The notes beneath the pieces were generated by a model. The model worked only from the letters and a program-made list of their open reading frames with translations, had not been told where the DNA came from and did not search any database. DNA of 46,604 nucleotides from a virus (Duplodnaviria > Caudoviricetes): the IMG/VR virus record IMGVR_UViG_3300022173_000070, positions 1 to 46,604 of that record, one strand, 5' to 3'. Positions 32,622 through 42,527 of this stretch are shown in pieces. Within the stretch, counting starts at the first letter, position 1. Every line of letters starts with the position of its first letter. A program made the translations under genes and the position numbers.

Positions 32622-35600
32622 TTAAGGCTTAACCGGCCGTTGCGGACGGGCTGGACGCACTGCGCGTTTCGGCCCGGTCGCTTTCTCTTCTTCCTTCCCT
32701 TTGAACAAGTCCGCCACTGATTCGACCATGCCCTTAATCGGCTTATCGTCGGCTTTCGTGCGCTTCTTATTGTCAGGGATGAACTCGTCGGTCAGCACTT
32801 CGCCCGCCTTCGGCACGCCATAGACGGTGGCCGCTTTCACCAGTGGCCCAGCCGGGAGCGCCGACAGTGCCGCTTGTGCCAGTGGCTCGCCAAACGTCTG
32901 GTAGAGCATGCGCGCTTCTTTGCGTTCCTTGGTGTTGGTCTTGTCCGAGTCTGGCCCGAGGAACGCGCCCAGCGTGCCTGACGCTTGCCCCAGTGCCGGG
33001 CCTAGCAGCGACTGGCTAGGGTCACGGCCATAGCGGACGCCGCCGTTAACCATCTGAATCCAAGGATCAGCCACGCCGAGCAAACCAGTGCGGCTAACGG
33101 TGCCTTCCATCTTCGCCCCTGGTGTCAGCTTTTTCTGGTCTGGCCGGCTGTACGCCTTTTCGCGCAGTTCGGTAATCATGGCCTGGATGCCAGTCATCGC
33201 GCCGACGCTCAAGCCAAAGGACGCGCCAAGCGAAGCCTTTTGCGCTGCGCTCATGTCCTTGTTTAGCACGGCCAGCCGCACCATGCGGTTCAGCACGTTT
33301 TTCTGGAACGCGTAGTTGAACGACTGGAACTGAAACACCATTTTGCCCAGCGGATGGCTGGCCCAAGCGGGTTTAGTCGCCGCGTTCGGGCGCTGTACCG
33401 ACTGATCCACGAAGCGCAGCGCCATGTTTTTATACAGGTCGCCAAACTCGCCTTTCAGGTCGTCTGCGGTCGGCAGTTTGTCGCCGAAGTCCTTCACGTA
33501 GGCTGCAAACGCCGCTTCCTTGCCCTTCGGCACGCCCAACTCGCGCAGTAGCAGGTCGCTTTTCACTGCATTGGCGCCCGTGCGCTGACGATCCGCGGCA
33601 AGGCGTTTCATGAAAATGCGCGCCTGCTGTGCCGACAGGGCACGCGTGTACTCCGTCAGCGGCGTGAGCATGTTGCGCTTGAAGAACGAAGTCAGGAGCT
33701 GGTTTTGTAGCTTGCTACCTGGCTCGTTACCTTCGAATCGAGCAGCGGCCGTCGATCCTTGCTGGCTCTCCGTGGTCGCACCAATCTCGTCAGAAAAGGC
33801 GAACGCCTCTTTCACGGACTGGCTACGGCCTTTCTTGCCAACAACTGCGCGCAGCGTGTTGATCGCATGCCCGCCGAGATTCTGTGCAATGTTCGCGATG
33901 TCGCCTGCGTTGCCAATAGCCCCGCGCAACGGCGACGTGGCCAGCTCACCAACGGACGCGAGTGCGGACTTTTCCAGCATGCCCAGCGTCCCCGCTGTGC
34001 GAACCCACGCCATGGTATTTTCTGCTGTGCGGCCGTAGTTGCTGGTCGGGATACCGGCGTTAACCGATACCAACTGGTTGACCTGATCCAGCACTTCGCG
34101 GGCTTTCGGGTCTTCCTTTAGCGCCGCGTCAGTGATGGTTTTCCAGTTGGCAAAGTTGTCGCCAAACGGCTGAAACTTGCCGTCGATGTCCACGCCGCTT
34201 TTTGCCACTTCGGCACGGCGTACCGCCCGAAGCGCGTAGTTCGACAGCATGCCGCCGACGTTGCGCGAATAGAACGGTTCCAGGTGCTTGGCGGCGGCCT
34301 TGCTGAAAATCCGGCCTTTCATGAAGTCCGGTTTCGGGTTGTTGGACGCATTGGCGCCACTGCCGGGCGGAACGTCGCGGCCATGCACAACGGCAGACCA
34401 ATATTCCTCAGCCTTGGCCCGTGCGTCAGTAGGCGACAACGCGGGCGCATCCTGCTTGTAAGCCTTGGCCGCGGCGTCGACGAACTGGGTCCGTTTGGAC
34501 TCCACCAGCGTTACGTCATGCTCGCGTGGGAAGTAGCCTTTGACCTCGCCCATGTCGATTCCGGCGTCTTTCAGGTACGCGTGCGCGTCCTTGAAAAAGT
34601 CGCTGATCAGGTTCGCCGCTTCGCCGATTTTGCCGGTGCGCGGTGTCCCAGGGTTTTCCACCAACTTGATGATTTGGTCGACCGCTTGCGCGCCTTCCAG
34701 CTTGTTGTCGTGCATGAAGTTGTGGATGCCTTCGGCACGGTTCATGTAGCCCTTTTTCCCGCCAAACAGCGCCCGCTGGCTGCGTTCGTCGAGCGTCGGC
34801 TTGGTGCCGTCGCCCTTGCCTGCGGTGGCGTGGAACACGTCGCCCAGTTGTTGCAGGGTTGGGCTGTCCGTCTTGTTGGTCAGTTCCTTTAACGAGGCTT
34901 CTGCCGAGTCGAAAAACTTGCGGATACCGGCGCGGAAACGGCCTTCTACAGACGGGCCTTTACGCTCGATCAATTGCGCCAGTGGGTCCGCCAAATCGCG
35001 GGCGTGTTCGCGGGCGGTGCGGCTGTCGTCGCCCTGCCAGATCGCTTTTACCAGCGCTTTGATGCCTTTCCCGACTGCTTCGATGGCGGTTTTACCGCTA
35101 TGCACGGCGGCGCCGGTCACGTCGAACAAGGTGTTTTGGCCGCGGGAGGCGGCGACATCGGCCGTCCGATCACTGCCGGATAGGGTGAAGTCGTCGCGGT
35201 CCTTATCAGCCTGCGCTTTGTTTTCGGCGGCGGTGCGGCGTTTGTCCGCCTGATCCTGCGCCTGCTTCGCGTCACGCTCGCGGGCCTGCAAATCTGAGTC
35301 AGTGTGCGAGTCCAGGGCGAAGTCGTCCCCTGCGTCTTCCTGCGGGCCTCGGTGCGCTTCGACCAAATCCGACACAAAGCGCTGCTGTTTCTCCGTCAGC
35401 GGACGGCCTTTGCCGGTCGCGGCACGGTTCAGCAAGTTGCGCGCTTCGGTGCTGGAATAGCCAAACTCGGTAAGCACTTTATGCACGTCCGGGTCGTTGC
35501 TCAGCCACTTGGTCCGGCCTGCGGCCTTGCCTGCGTCATCGCGCAGCAACTTGCCGCCTTTCTCGTCCCAGTTGACTCGGCTCAACCGGTCGTCCAGGGC

Positions 35601-38600
35601 TTTGGCAGTATCTTCGCTCAGGCGCTGATCCAGCTCGTCGCGCACGCGGTTGCGGGTCGGGGTCGATTCCCGGCCTTCCATCTGGTCAATCTGATCGCGC
35701 ACCGCTACCCGCTCGCGCTGCAATTCACGGGCGCCGGGCAGATCGCGGTTCAACCGCGCTTCTGACGCTTGCGCGTCGAGGTCGCGGGCGCGCTGACGTA
35801 GTTCTGCAACGGTCGGGCCTTCGTCGGGTGCCTTCTGGCCGGCTTTCAACTCGTCGACTTGCCGTTGCAGGTCCGCAATGTCCTTCGGATCGTCTTCGAA
35901 GTAGCGCGCAAGACTCAATTCGTGTTCAAGCTGTCGCAATTTCTCCGCATTGGCCGGGCCTTCGTCTGCTTTGGGAGACGCTGGTGCCTCGGGGGTGGGA
36001 GACGCTGGTGCCTCCCTCTTAGGCGGCTTGATCTTGTCGCTGTTGAACGGCGTGCCGCCTTCCTGCAAACCGTGAATGCGTCGGTATTCGTCCCATTTCG
36101 GGTCATTTGACCAGCGCGACGGCGCCCGGCCGTCTTCTGCCAGCACTCTTTCCAGCCGGGCGTCGGAGTCTTTTAGCTCCTGTTCCCAGTGCTTGATGTT
36201 CGCTTTATTGCTTGGCCCCTTGGCGCGTTCTTCATCAAGAATGCGGCGCGTGGCCTCGTTGCCGCGCTTTACGACGTCGATACGCTCTTGCTGTTCCGGC
36301 GTCCGTGCGGCGGCTTCTGGCTCCGCTTTCGGCGCTGGGTTCTTGGCGTTGAATCGTTCTTCCCAGTCGGCCACCCTTTGCGCCTCGTTGGCGTGGTTGT
36401 CCCGCGCAATCGGGTTCATCAGATCGTCACTGCCGCGCAGCAAACGACTACGTTCCTGACCGAGCCGGGACCATTCAAGCTTGTGCTTGGCCGCCTGCAA
36501 TTGCTCTGCTTCGGTCGGCCGTGGCTTGTTGTAGCCTGCATCGCCGTTACGGTTCATCTGGTGGTATTTGGTGTATTCGGCACTCGCCCGTGCTTCCAGA
36601 TCGTCCGCCTGCGCCTTAACCTCGGGGCTGGCGTCCTCGTATTGCTGCTTCTCCCACTGCTCGTACCGGAAACCGTTTTCGCGTTCGCGGTTTGGCGGGT
36701 CTTTCGGCTTTTGCCGCCACTCGGGAACGTCGGCCCGTGGCTCAGGCGCTACCGGCTCGACAGGGCGAGTCTCGGCGGTCGCTTCGACAGGTTGTTCACG
36801 CACTGGCGCTTCGGCCGGGCCTTCAAGGCGCGGCTCCGTGCGCTCGCCTTCGAACATATCGCCCGTGCGCCCAACTGGCGGAACTTCTGGCGCACCAGGG
36901 CGACCGCCCGGCAGGTATTCGCCGCGCAGACCGCCGACCGATTTCGAGCCAATAACGTCGACCGAACGGCGCGGGGCGGGTTGATTGGTCCCGACGCCGG
37001 GGGCTGGCTCTTGAGAGCGCGCCGCCAAATCTTGTGCCATGCGTGGTGTGATGTCGTCCGCACGGGGCGCTCCCGCCGAGTAGTCGGCTTGCAGGTCCGG
37101 TTCCCAGTCGTCCAAGTCTTTTTCGCGGCGCTGACGGCGCAATTCGGCAATGTCGAAAGCGTCCTTGGCAAACTGGCGCGAGTTGGCTTGTTCGCCCTCA
37201 GTACGGGCCAGATCAGGCGTCATGCCGCGTTCGCCGCGTTCGGCTTGCGTGGCGGCACGGCGGAACGAATTAACCGCTCCGCGGGGCGATTGGCCGCCCT
37301 GGATGTACTTCACAATAATGTCGATGTCGCGAGCGGATGCATTCTCGACGCCCATTTCGCGCAGCATCGCCGCCGCTTGGCCACGCGGGGCCAGCGTATC
37401 GACGCGAGCCTGCTCGCCGGCCGCATCACGCACAGGTGGCGTGCCATCGGGAATGTCGATCCCTTCTGGCCCGACCTGCACCTTGTCGCGGGGCCAGACG
37501 TTAACGTCGTTGAAGGTTTCGGCCAGTTCACTGCCGCGCACTTTGTTAGCCTGGCGTTGTGCTGCAACCGACGCGGGATCAGTCGGCCGAGCGGCGTTCA
37601 GGCCGGTGTTCTGCTGCACCATATCCGCCGTAAAGGCGGGGTCGTCGACGGCGCGGCCTGCGGCCTCGGACGCGGCCTGCGCCTGCTGGAACCACTGCGC
37701 GGCTTCGTCGGGGGCCATATCTTCCAGCCGTTTCGCGGCCCGCGTTTCGATCCAGCCACGGAACTTGCCGATAGCGTTACCAATCGCCTGCGGCGCGGCG
37801 TTCAGCGTGCCGCCCAGCACGCCGCCCAGCACGCCGGCCAATGCCGTCTGCTCGCCGCTGTACTTGTCGCGCATGCCAGCGCCCATCTGGTTTGCCTGCA
37901 CCACGGGATCAGTGATAACGCCCGTTGCAGCGTTGACGCCTGCGCCTTTGGCAAAGGTCTTGGCCAGTGTCAGGCCACGGCCTACCGGGATCAGGTTTTC
38001 AACGGCGGGAAGGCTGCCGCCAAGCGCGGCTGTCGCGCTGCCCGCTCCCGCGAAAATCTTGCCTAGCGTGCCCTCGGCCGTGTCATAACTCGGCACGGCT
38101 TGCGCCTCGGCTTCGTCTAGCCGCTGCTGCTGGCCAAAACTGGCTTCCTTCGGAATGGCCGCCGCGATCCTGTCGCGGGCAATCTGCATCTGCTCGTCGG
38201 CTGTGGTCAGCGGACGCCCTGGCTGGTCGCCCATCTGCTGCGCCGCCAAGGTCGGATCAAGCATGGCCATTTGGCGCTGCCGCGGATCGAGCTGTTCAAG
38301 CCCGCCATCGAGCATGTTCGCCCGCCAAGTGGCGTCAGCCGCGGCGGACCGATCCGCGGCACCACTCTGCTGGTAATCCATCATGCTGGGGATCAGCGTC
38401 TGGTGAAACGCCTGATTCATCATCGGGCCAAAGGCGGCTGCTTCGCCTGCGAGCGTGCCGCGCTTGATAGCCTGCGCCGCCTGCACACGGGGGTTCTGCG
38501 CGTATTCGCGCACCAGTGGCGGTAACGGCGCCTGCATTTGGCCGTCGTCCATCATCACTTGGCCAGCGCTCGTCGCCATCGGCGGAACGAAGGCCTGCGC

Positions 38601-38696
38601 GACAGGGGCGCCTTCCTCGGGCAAGTCGTCAAACGACAGACCGCCGACTTTAGGCGCCGCTACTTCGTCCGGCAGATCGTCGAAAGACAGAGCCAT
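32622..38696 (-). CDS. Large internal virion/ejection protein (2024 aa)
   Basis: Last and largest late gene, helical and Ala-rich; position typical of podovirus core proteins. Confidence 0.75.
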   Translation of the reverse strand: MALSFDDLPDEVAAPKVGGLSFDDLPEEGAPVAQAFVPPMATSAGQVMMDDGQMQAPLPPLVREYAQNPRVQAAQAIKRGTLAGEAAAFGPMMNQAFHQTLIPSMMDYQQSGAADRSAAADATWRANMLDGGLEQLDPRQRQMAMLDPTLAAQQMGDQPGRPLTTADEQMQIARDRIAAAIPKEASFGQQQRLDEAEAQAVPSYDTAEGTLGKIFAGAGSATAALGGSLPAVENLIPVGRGLTLAKTFAKGAGVNAATGVITDPVVQANQMGAGMRDKYSGEQTALAGVLGGVLGGTLNAAPQAIGNAIGKFRGWIETRAAKRLEDMAPDEAAQWFQQAQAASEAAGRAVDDPAFTADMVQQNTGLNAARPTDPASVAAQRQANKVRGSELAETFNDVNVWPRDKVQVGPEGIDIPDGTPPVRDAAGEQARVDTLAPRGQAAAMLREMGVENASARDIDIIVKYIQGGQSPRGAVNSFRRAATQAERGERGMTPDLARTEGEQANSRQFAKDAFDIAELRRQRREKDLDDWEPDLQADYSAGAPRADDITPRMAQDLAARSQEPAPGVGTNQPAPRRSVDVIGSKSVGGLRGEYLPGGRPGAPEVPPVGRTGDMFEGERTEPRLEGPAEAPVREQPVEATAETRPVEPVAPEPRADVPEWRQKPKDPPNRERENGFRYEQWEKQQYEDASPEVKAQADDLEARASAEYTKYHQMNRNGDAGYNKPRPTEAEQLQAAKHKLEWSRLGQERSRLLRGSDDLMNPIARDNHANEAQRVADWEERFNAKNPAPKAEPEAAARTPEQQERIDVVKRGNEATRRILDEERAKGPSNKANIKHWEQELKDSDARLERVLAEDGRAPSRWSNDPKWDEYRRIHGLQEGGTPFNSDKIKPPKREAPASPTPEAPASPKADEGPANAEKLRQLEHELSLARYFEDDPKDIADLQRQVDELKAGQKAPDEGPTVAELRQRARDLDAQASEARLNRDLPGARELQRERVAVRDQIDQMEGRESTPTRNRVRDELDQRLSEDTAKALDDRLSRVNWDEKGGKLLRDDAGKAAGRTKWLSNDPDVHKVLTEFGYSSTEARNLLNRAATGKGRPLTEKQQRFVSDLVEAHRGPQEDAGDDFALDSHTDSDLQARERDAKQAQDQADKRRTAAENKAQADKDRDDFTLSGSDRTADVAASRGQNTLFDVTGAAVHSGKTAIEAVGKGIKALVKAIWQGDDSRTAREHARDLADPLAQLIERKGPSVEGRFRAGIRKFFDSAEASLKELTNKTDSPTLQQLGDVFHATAGKGDGTKPTLDERSQRALFGGKKGYMNRAEGIHNFMHDNKLEGAQAVDQIIKLVENPGTPRTGKIGEAANLISDFFKDAHAYLKDAGIDMGEVKGYFPREHDVTLVESKRTQFVDAAAKAYKQDAPALSPTDARAKAEEYWSAVVHGRDVPPGSGANASNNPKPDFMKGRIFSKAAAKHLEPFYSRNVGGMLSNYALRAVRRAEVAKSGVDIDGKFQPFGDNFANWKTITDAALKEDPKAREVLDQVNQLVSVNAGIPTSNYGRTAENTMAWVRTAGTLGMLEKSALASVGELATSPLRGAIGNAGDIANIAQNLGGHAINTLRAVVGKKGRSQSVKEAFAFSDEIGATTESQQGSTAAARFEGNEPGSKLQNQLLTSFFKRNMLTPLTEYTRALSAQQARIFMKRLAADRQRTGANAVKSDLLLRELGVPKGKEAAFAAYVKDFGDKLPTADDLKGEFGDLYKNMALRFVDQSVQRPNAATKPAWASHPLGKMVFQFQSFNYAFQKNVLNRMVRLAVLNKDMSAAQKASLGASFGLSVGAMTGIQAMITELREKAYSRPDQKKLTPGAKMEGTVSRTGLLGVADPWIQMVNGGVRYGRDPSQSLLGPALGQASGTLGAFLGPDSDKTNTKERKEARMLYQTFGEPLAQAALSALPAGPLVKAATVYGVPKAGEVLTDEFIPDNKKRTKADDKPIKGMVESVADLFKGKEEEKATGPKRAVRPARPQRPVKP

Positions 38697-38698
38697 GG

Positions 38699-39844
38699 TT
38701 AAATCCCCGCTGCTTGGATTTGCTGCGCGTTGTAACCGCCCTTGAGCAGTCGGTCGATCACGGCTTGTCGCGACTTGCCAGCCGCGATTGCGTTCTTCGC
38801 GGCGGCAAGGTCAGCGTTTGGCGCGGCTCCAGGCTGAGCGTTGGGCATGCTAGGCACGGCCGGCGCGCTGACAGGTGGAGCCGCAAACTGTTGCCCCAGG
38901 TTCGGGCGTGGCGGACGTTGCGCCGATGGACGCGACACAACCTGCGGCGGTACAGCGGCGGCACTTTCGGAGCCATACCAAGTGCTTTGGGCTGGGACTT
39001 CTGGCGTGATGGTCGGCGCATCGCCGTACACATCCGCAACGGCCCGTTGGATCGCGCCGTACTGGTCCTGCGGGTTGGCCTGCACATAAGCGGCTGTGCG
39101 GGCGCGTACCTCGGATAAGTCAGCCGGCGATACGGATGGGTCCATGTTCCAACGGCCTTTGTCGTCCTTGAAGCTGCCGGGGATCGATTGCAGCAACGCG
39201 CTATCCAGTTTCACGGGATCGACTTTGAACTGCGCAGCGGCGCCGCCGCGATTGCCGGATTTGATGTTAGCCGCTTCGACCGAGCCCTTTAGGCGCTGGT
39301 CTGCGCCGTACATGGAGCCCGCCAAACTCTGATCAGAGCCGTAGCGCGAAGCGCCGGCTTGCAGCTCGGAGCCATAGCGATTCGCTGCAACCGTGTTTTC
39401 GTTCTGCTGGAGCTGGCGAGCCTGATCCGCACCAAAGCCGGGTTCGGTATCGCCATAGTCGCCGCCCGCTCCCACGACCAAATCGGCCAGCACGCCGGGA
39501 TTGACCGCGTTTGGGTCGTTGATCCCTCGCGCCGCGTACCCGCCGCGCACGAAGCCCGGCAACGCGTTCATCTGCGGGGCATCGCCGCCTTCCAGAATGC
39601 TGGCGTAAACGCCCGTCTGGTCGTTGTTGCGGAACGCGTCGGCCGCACCTTTCTGCGCGGCTAGCCGCGTGTTTATTTCGCTGCCTTTCAGGTTGTCGAG
39701 GTTCGCTTTCGAGGCGTACCCCTGGATCTGCAAGTCGCGCATCGGGTTCGGGGCGAACGCCTTGAACACGTCGGCCAGTGGCGAAAGCTGTTCGGCGTAG
39801 GAAGGAACACCACGCCCGTACAGCGAATTTTGGTAGTAGGGCAT
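38699..39844 (-). CDS. Internal virion/ejection protein (381 aa)
   Basis: GGGAG RBS before MPYYQNSL; Gly/Ala/Gln-rich. Confidence 0.65.
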   Translation of the reverse strand: MPYYQNSLYGRGVPSYAEQLSPLADVFKAFAPNPMRDLQIQGYASKANLDNLKGSEINTRLAAQKGAADAFRNNDQTGVYASILEGGDAPQMNALPGFVRGGYAARGINDPNAVNPGVLADLVVGAGGDYGDTEPGFGADQARQLQQNENTVAANRYGSELQAGASRYGSDQSLAGSMYGADQRLKGSVEAANIKSGNRGGAAAQFKVDPVKLDSALLQSIPGSFKDDKGRWNMDPSVSPADLSEVRARTAAYVQANPQDQYGAIQRAVADVYGDAPTITPEVPAQSTWYGSESAAAVPPQVVSRPSAQRPPRPNLGQQFAAPPVSAPAVPSMPNAQPGAAPNADLAAAKNAIAAGKSRQAVIDRLLKGGYNAQQIQAAGI

Positions 39845-39846
39845 GG

Positions 39847-40758
39847 TTAACTTCTCCCGCGAGTAGCGTTTCGGCGCTGTTGAACTGCGGTAGGCGCCAA
39901 AGCGCCGAACGCCCGGCCAGCATTGCCCCATACGCCGGCCGTGTTGCCCACGCCGTTGGCAAAAATCCCGCCCATCAAGCCCGGCGCGGCGGCGTCTGCG
40001 GCCACTTGCCCCGCGGCGCCGGCTGCGGGGACAAAGCCGGCCAAGTTGCCCGAGTAACCGCCCACGGTCGCGCCGGCTGTGGACGATCCGCCCATGGTCG
40101 CGCCATACGAGCCCATGCCGCCTGCTGCGCCCGCACCGCCTGCGGCGGCTGCGCCACCAACGCCGGGAGCGCCTGCACTGCCGTACATGGCGAGCGCCGT
40201 GCCCAGCAACTCTTGATTGCGCCCGGTGCCCTCTTTGCTCGCCATGGCTGAGGCGACTTCCCCTGGAAGAAGTGCCGCCGAACCACGGGCAAACGAGCCC
40301 TGCATGCCCAACAAATTGGCGAAGTTGCTATTTGCGATCTTGTTGCCCAAGTTCACATCGGAATACGAGCCCAGCCGGGCGCGAGCGTTGCCGATGGCGC
40401 CGGCCTCTTCCCGTGCGGTGCCGCGTTTGGTGGCGGCGTCTTCCATCACGATCTTGGGTGCGCCGTTATCGGTCGACGAGTTGTAGTCCGTCGCGGCCTC
40501 AACGGCGGCCGGCGCATAGGTCGCTTCGCGTTTGGCGGCGGCGTCTTCCAGGGACTGATTCTGCGCGTCGACGTCCATGCCCTGTTGCGATTGCAGCAAG
40601 GTGGATTCGCGTTCGTTGCGCAGCGTGTCCTGTCGGCCTGCTTCCATTGCGCGAGCGTCAGCCGCGGCGTCTTTCATCGCGGCTTGGCGCCGAGATTGAG
40701 CGTTCATCTGGAGCGCTGTACCAGCGACTACCAGACCGATAGCGACGGGATTGCACAT
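39847..40758 (-). CDS. Internal virion/ejection protein (303 aa)
   Basis: MCNPVAIG hydrophobic start and Gly/Ala-rich C-terminus typical of small ejection proteins. Confidence 0.7.
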   Translation of the reverse strand: MCNPVAIGLVVAGTALQMNAQSRRQAAMKDAAADARAMEAGRQDTLRNERESTLLQSQQGMDVDAQNQSLEDAAAKREATYAPAAVEAATDYNSSTDNGAPKIVMEDAATKRGTAREEAGAIGNARARLGSYSDVNLGNKIANSNFANLLGMQGSFARGSAALLPGEVASAMASKEGTGRNQELLGTALAMYGSAGAPGVGGAAAAGGAGAAGGMGSYGATMGGSSTAGATVGGYSGNLAGFVPAAGAAGQVAADAAAPGLMGGIFANGVGNTAGVWGNAGRAFGALAPTAVQQRRNATRGRS

Positions 40759-40760
40759 GG

Positions 40761-41621
40761 TTAGCGCCCCCCTACAGTGCCGGAACCTTTCCAGCTAGCG
40801 GGCAAGTTGTACGCGCCCTGTTGCTGTTGCGCCTTGGCGATTGCCTCGGCTGTCGATTGATTGGTCAGGTACGTGCCAAGGCCTGCCGCGACGTTCTTCA
40901 CCACGCCGTTCAGCGGGGTAAACGCGGGCATCGCCGAAAGCTGGTTGGCCGAAGTCTGCGCGACGTTGTATGCCGCGTCAGGATCGGCAGTGGCTTGCAG
41001 CATGCTGACGGCGCTGGCCTTCTGCGCGGCCAGATCAGATTTGCCCTGGTTCACGTAGTCTTGGCCCGTGTCGTACACAGCCTGCTTTTGCAGCGCGAAG
41101 TCTTTATCCAGTTCGGCGTTCTTATCACTCGCCAGACTGGACTGGATGTTCCCGCCACGGGCGAGCGCAAAGGTCAGCGCTTTTTGCTGCTCGCCGTACT
41201 GCTGCTGGACCTGCGGCAGTGCGAAGTCTTGGTAGGCGGTAGCGCGCTTGTTGAAAAAGTCGTCGCCAAAGCCGCCTACGTGAGTCGTCACGCTAGTGGT
41301 GCGGGGGTCAACGGTGTACAGCTCCGTCGGCGTCATGATCTTGCCCTTCGGGGTCTTTACCGAAATGCCGCCGCGTTTCTCGCGCTTTTGGTTATGCCGG
41401 TCGAACATGATCGGCGTTCCTTCTGCGTCGTAATACGTGCCGGACGCGGTGCCCCAGTACGGATCGAACGCCACTTTCTGCGCGGTGTTCGTAACCACGT
41501 CCCGGCCGTTAAACAGCTCGTCGATTCGGGCCATGCCATCGCGAATACGCGCCTGCCGGGCCTGTTCTTGTTCGCGCTGATAGTCAACGCCATCATCACC
41601 ACCGCCGCCGCCACCACTCAT
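40761..41621 (-). CDS. Virion protein (286 aa)
   Basis: MSGGGGGG start; late-operon position. Confidence 0.7.
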   Translation of the reverse strand: MSGGGGGGDDGVDYQREQEQARQARIRDGMARIDELFNGRDVVTNTAQKVAFDPYWGTASGTYYDAEGTPIMFDRHNQKREKRGGISVKTPKGKIMTPTELYTVDPRTTSVTTHVGGFGDDFFNKRATAYQDFALPQVQQQYGEQQKALTFALARGGNIQSSLASDKNAELDKDFALQKQAVYDTGQDYVNQGKSDLAAQKASAVSMLQATADPDAAYNVAQTSANQLSAMPAFTPLNGVVKNVAAGLGTYLTNQSTAEAIAKAQQQQGAYNLPASWKGSGTVGGR

Positions 41622-42052
41622 GGCAATACCTCCAATTCGAAAAGCTGTTGCGCGGGCTTGTAGCCCAGTTGCTGCGCCCGGCGTGCCCAGCCAATGCGCT
41701 TGCTCGCGAACTGCACATGCGAGCAGCGGCAGTCCACGGCGTACTGTTTGCAGGCGGCGAAGCCCACGGCTAACGCGTCAGGCCCACATCCAGGCACGGT
41801 GTAGGCCAGTAGAACGAACATCTTGTCCGTGGTGCTGCGGGGGCTTGATTGCGCCCGGCACACGAATACTCCAACCGCCTCGGCGTTGTCGTAAACGACA
41901 AACAACGCCCAGTGCCCCGCCATAAGTTCGGCGTACAACGCGGGGGCAAAATAGGCTTCCCCTTCACGCTCGCCCACACGCATGCACGCGTCCGCTAGCA
42001 GCGGATACACGCGCTGGATTTCAGCTCTGTCAGCGACCGGGGCGCAGTGCAT
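41618..42052 (-). CDS. GNAT-like fold protein (144 aa)
   Basis: GGAG RBS before MHCAP; A...CSHVQFASKRIGWARR...LGY pattern. Confidence 0.55.
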   Translation of the reverse strand: MHCAPVADRAEIQRVYPLLADACMRVGEREGEAYFAPALYAELMAGHWALFVVYDNAEAVGVFVCRAQSSPRSTTDKMFVLLAYTVPGCGPDALAVGFAACKQYAVDCRCSHVQFASKRIGWARRAQQLGYKPAQQLFELEVLP

Positions 42053-42527
42053 GGCTGCAATTCTCCGGGTAGAAAACATAGGTGTAGAACGTTTCGTTGT
42101 TCTTCCCGACTCGCGGGTTTTCCGACTCACGCACAGCGCCGAGGCGTTCCAGCCAGCGCTGTGCATCGACGTTACTTTCGAGGGTGCGGCACTCGGCGCG
42201 GTTAAACCCCAGCTCCACCATGCGGGGGATCATGGTGCGCTTCACAAAGCGGGTCAGTGCCCAACCAATTTCGGCAAAGCGTGGCGTGGCCATCGCCCAA
42301 GGTGCCCACATACCGGGCCACAGCTCATTGGCGCCCAGCAAGGCAATCGGCTCGCCATCCATTCCCAAGATGCACCACGACAATTCCTGCTGATTGAACG
42401 CTATCGGCTGCGCCAGCTCGTTGGCGTCGTCGGTCCAGTGCGTGGCCAAAACTTCGGCACGGTCCTGCGGCCGCAATCGCTTGCAGACGAAAAGGCAGTC
42501 GCGGTATGCCGGTCTAGTTATTCTCAT
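42030..42527 (-). CDS. GNAT-like acetyltransferase (T7 gp13-like position, 165 aa)
   Basis: LRPQDRAEV and NVDAQRWLERLGAVRE motifs. Confidence 0.7.
   Translation of the reverse strand: MRITRPAYRDCLFVCKRLRPQDRAEVLATHWTDDANELAQPIAFNQQELSWCILGMDGEPIALLGANELWPGMWAPWAMATPRFAEIGWALTRFVKRTMIPRMVELGFNRAECRTLESNVDAQRWLERLGAVRESENPRVGKNNETFYTYVFYPENCSHALRPGR

Noticed and set aside
36189-38088. Long plus-strand ORFs (625 aa and 312 aa) and similar antisense ORFs elsewhere
   Set aside because: Shadow frames of GC-rich minus-strand genes, with no motifs or RBS
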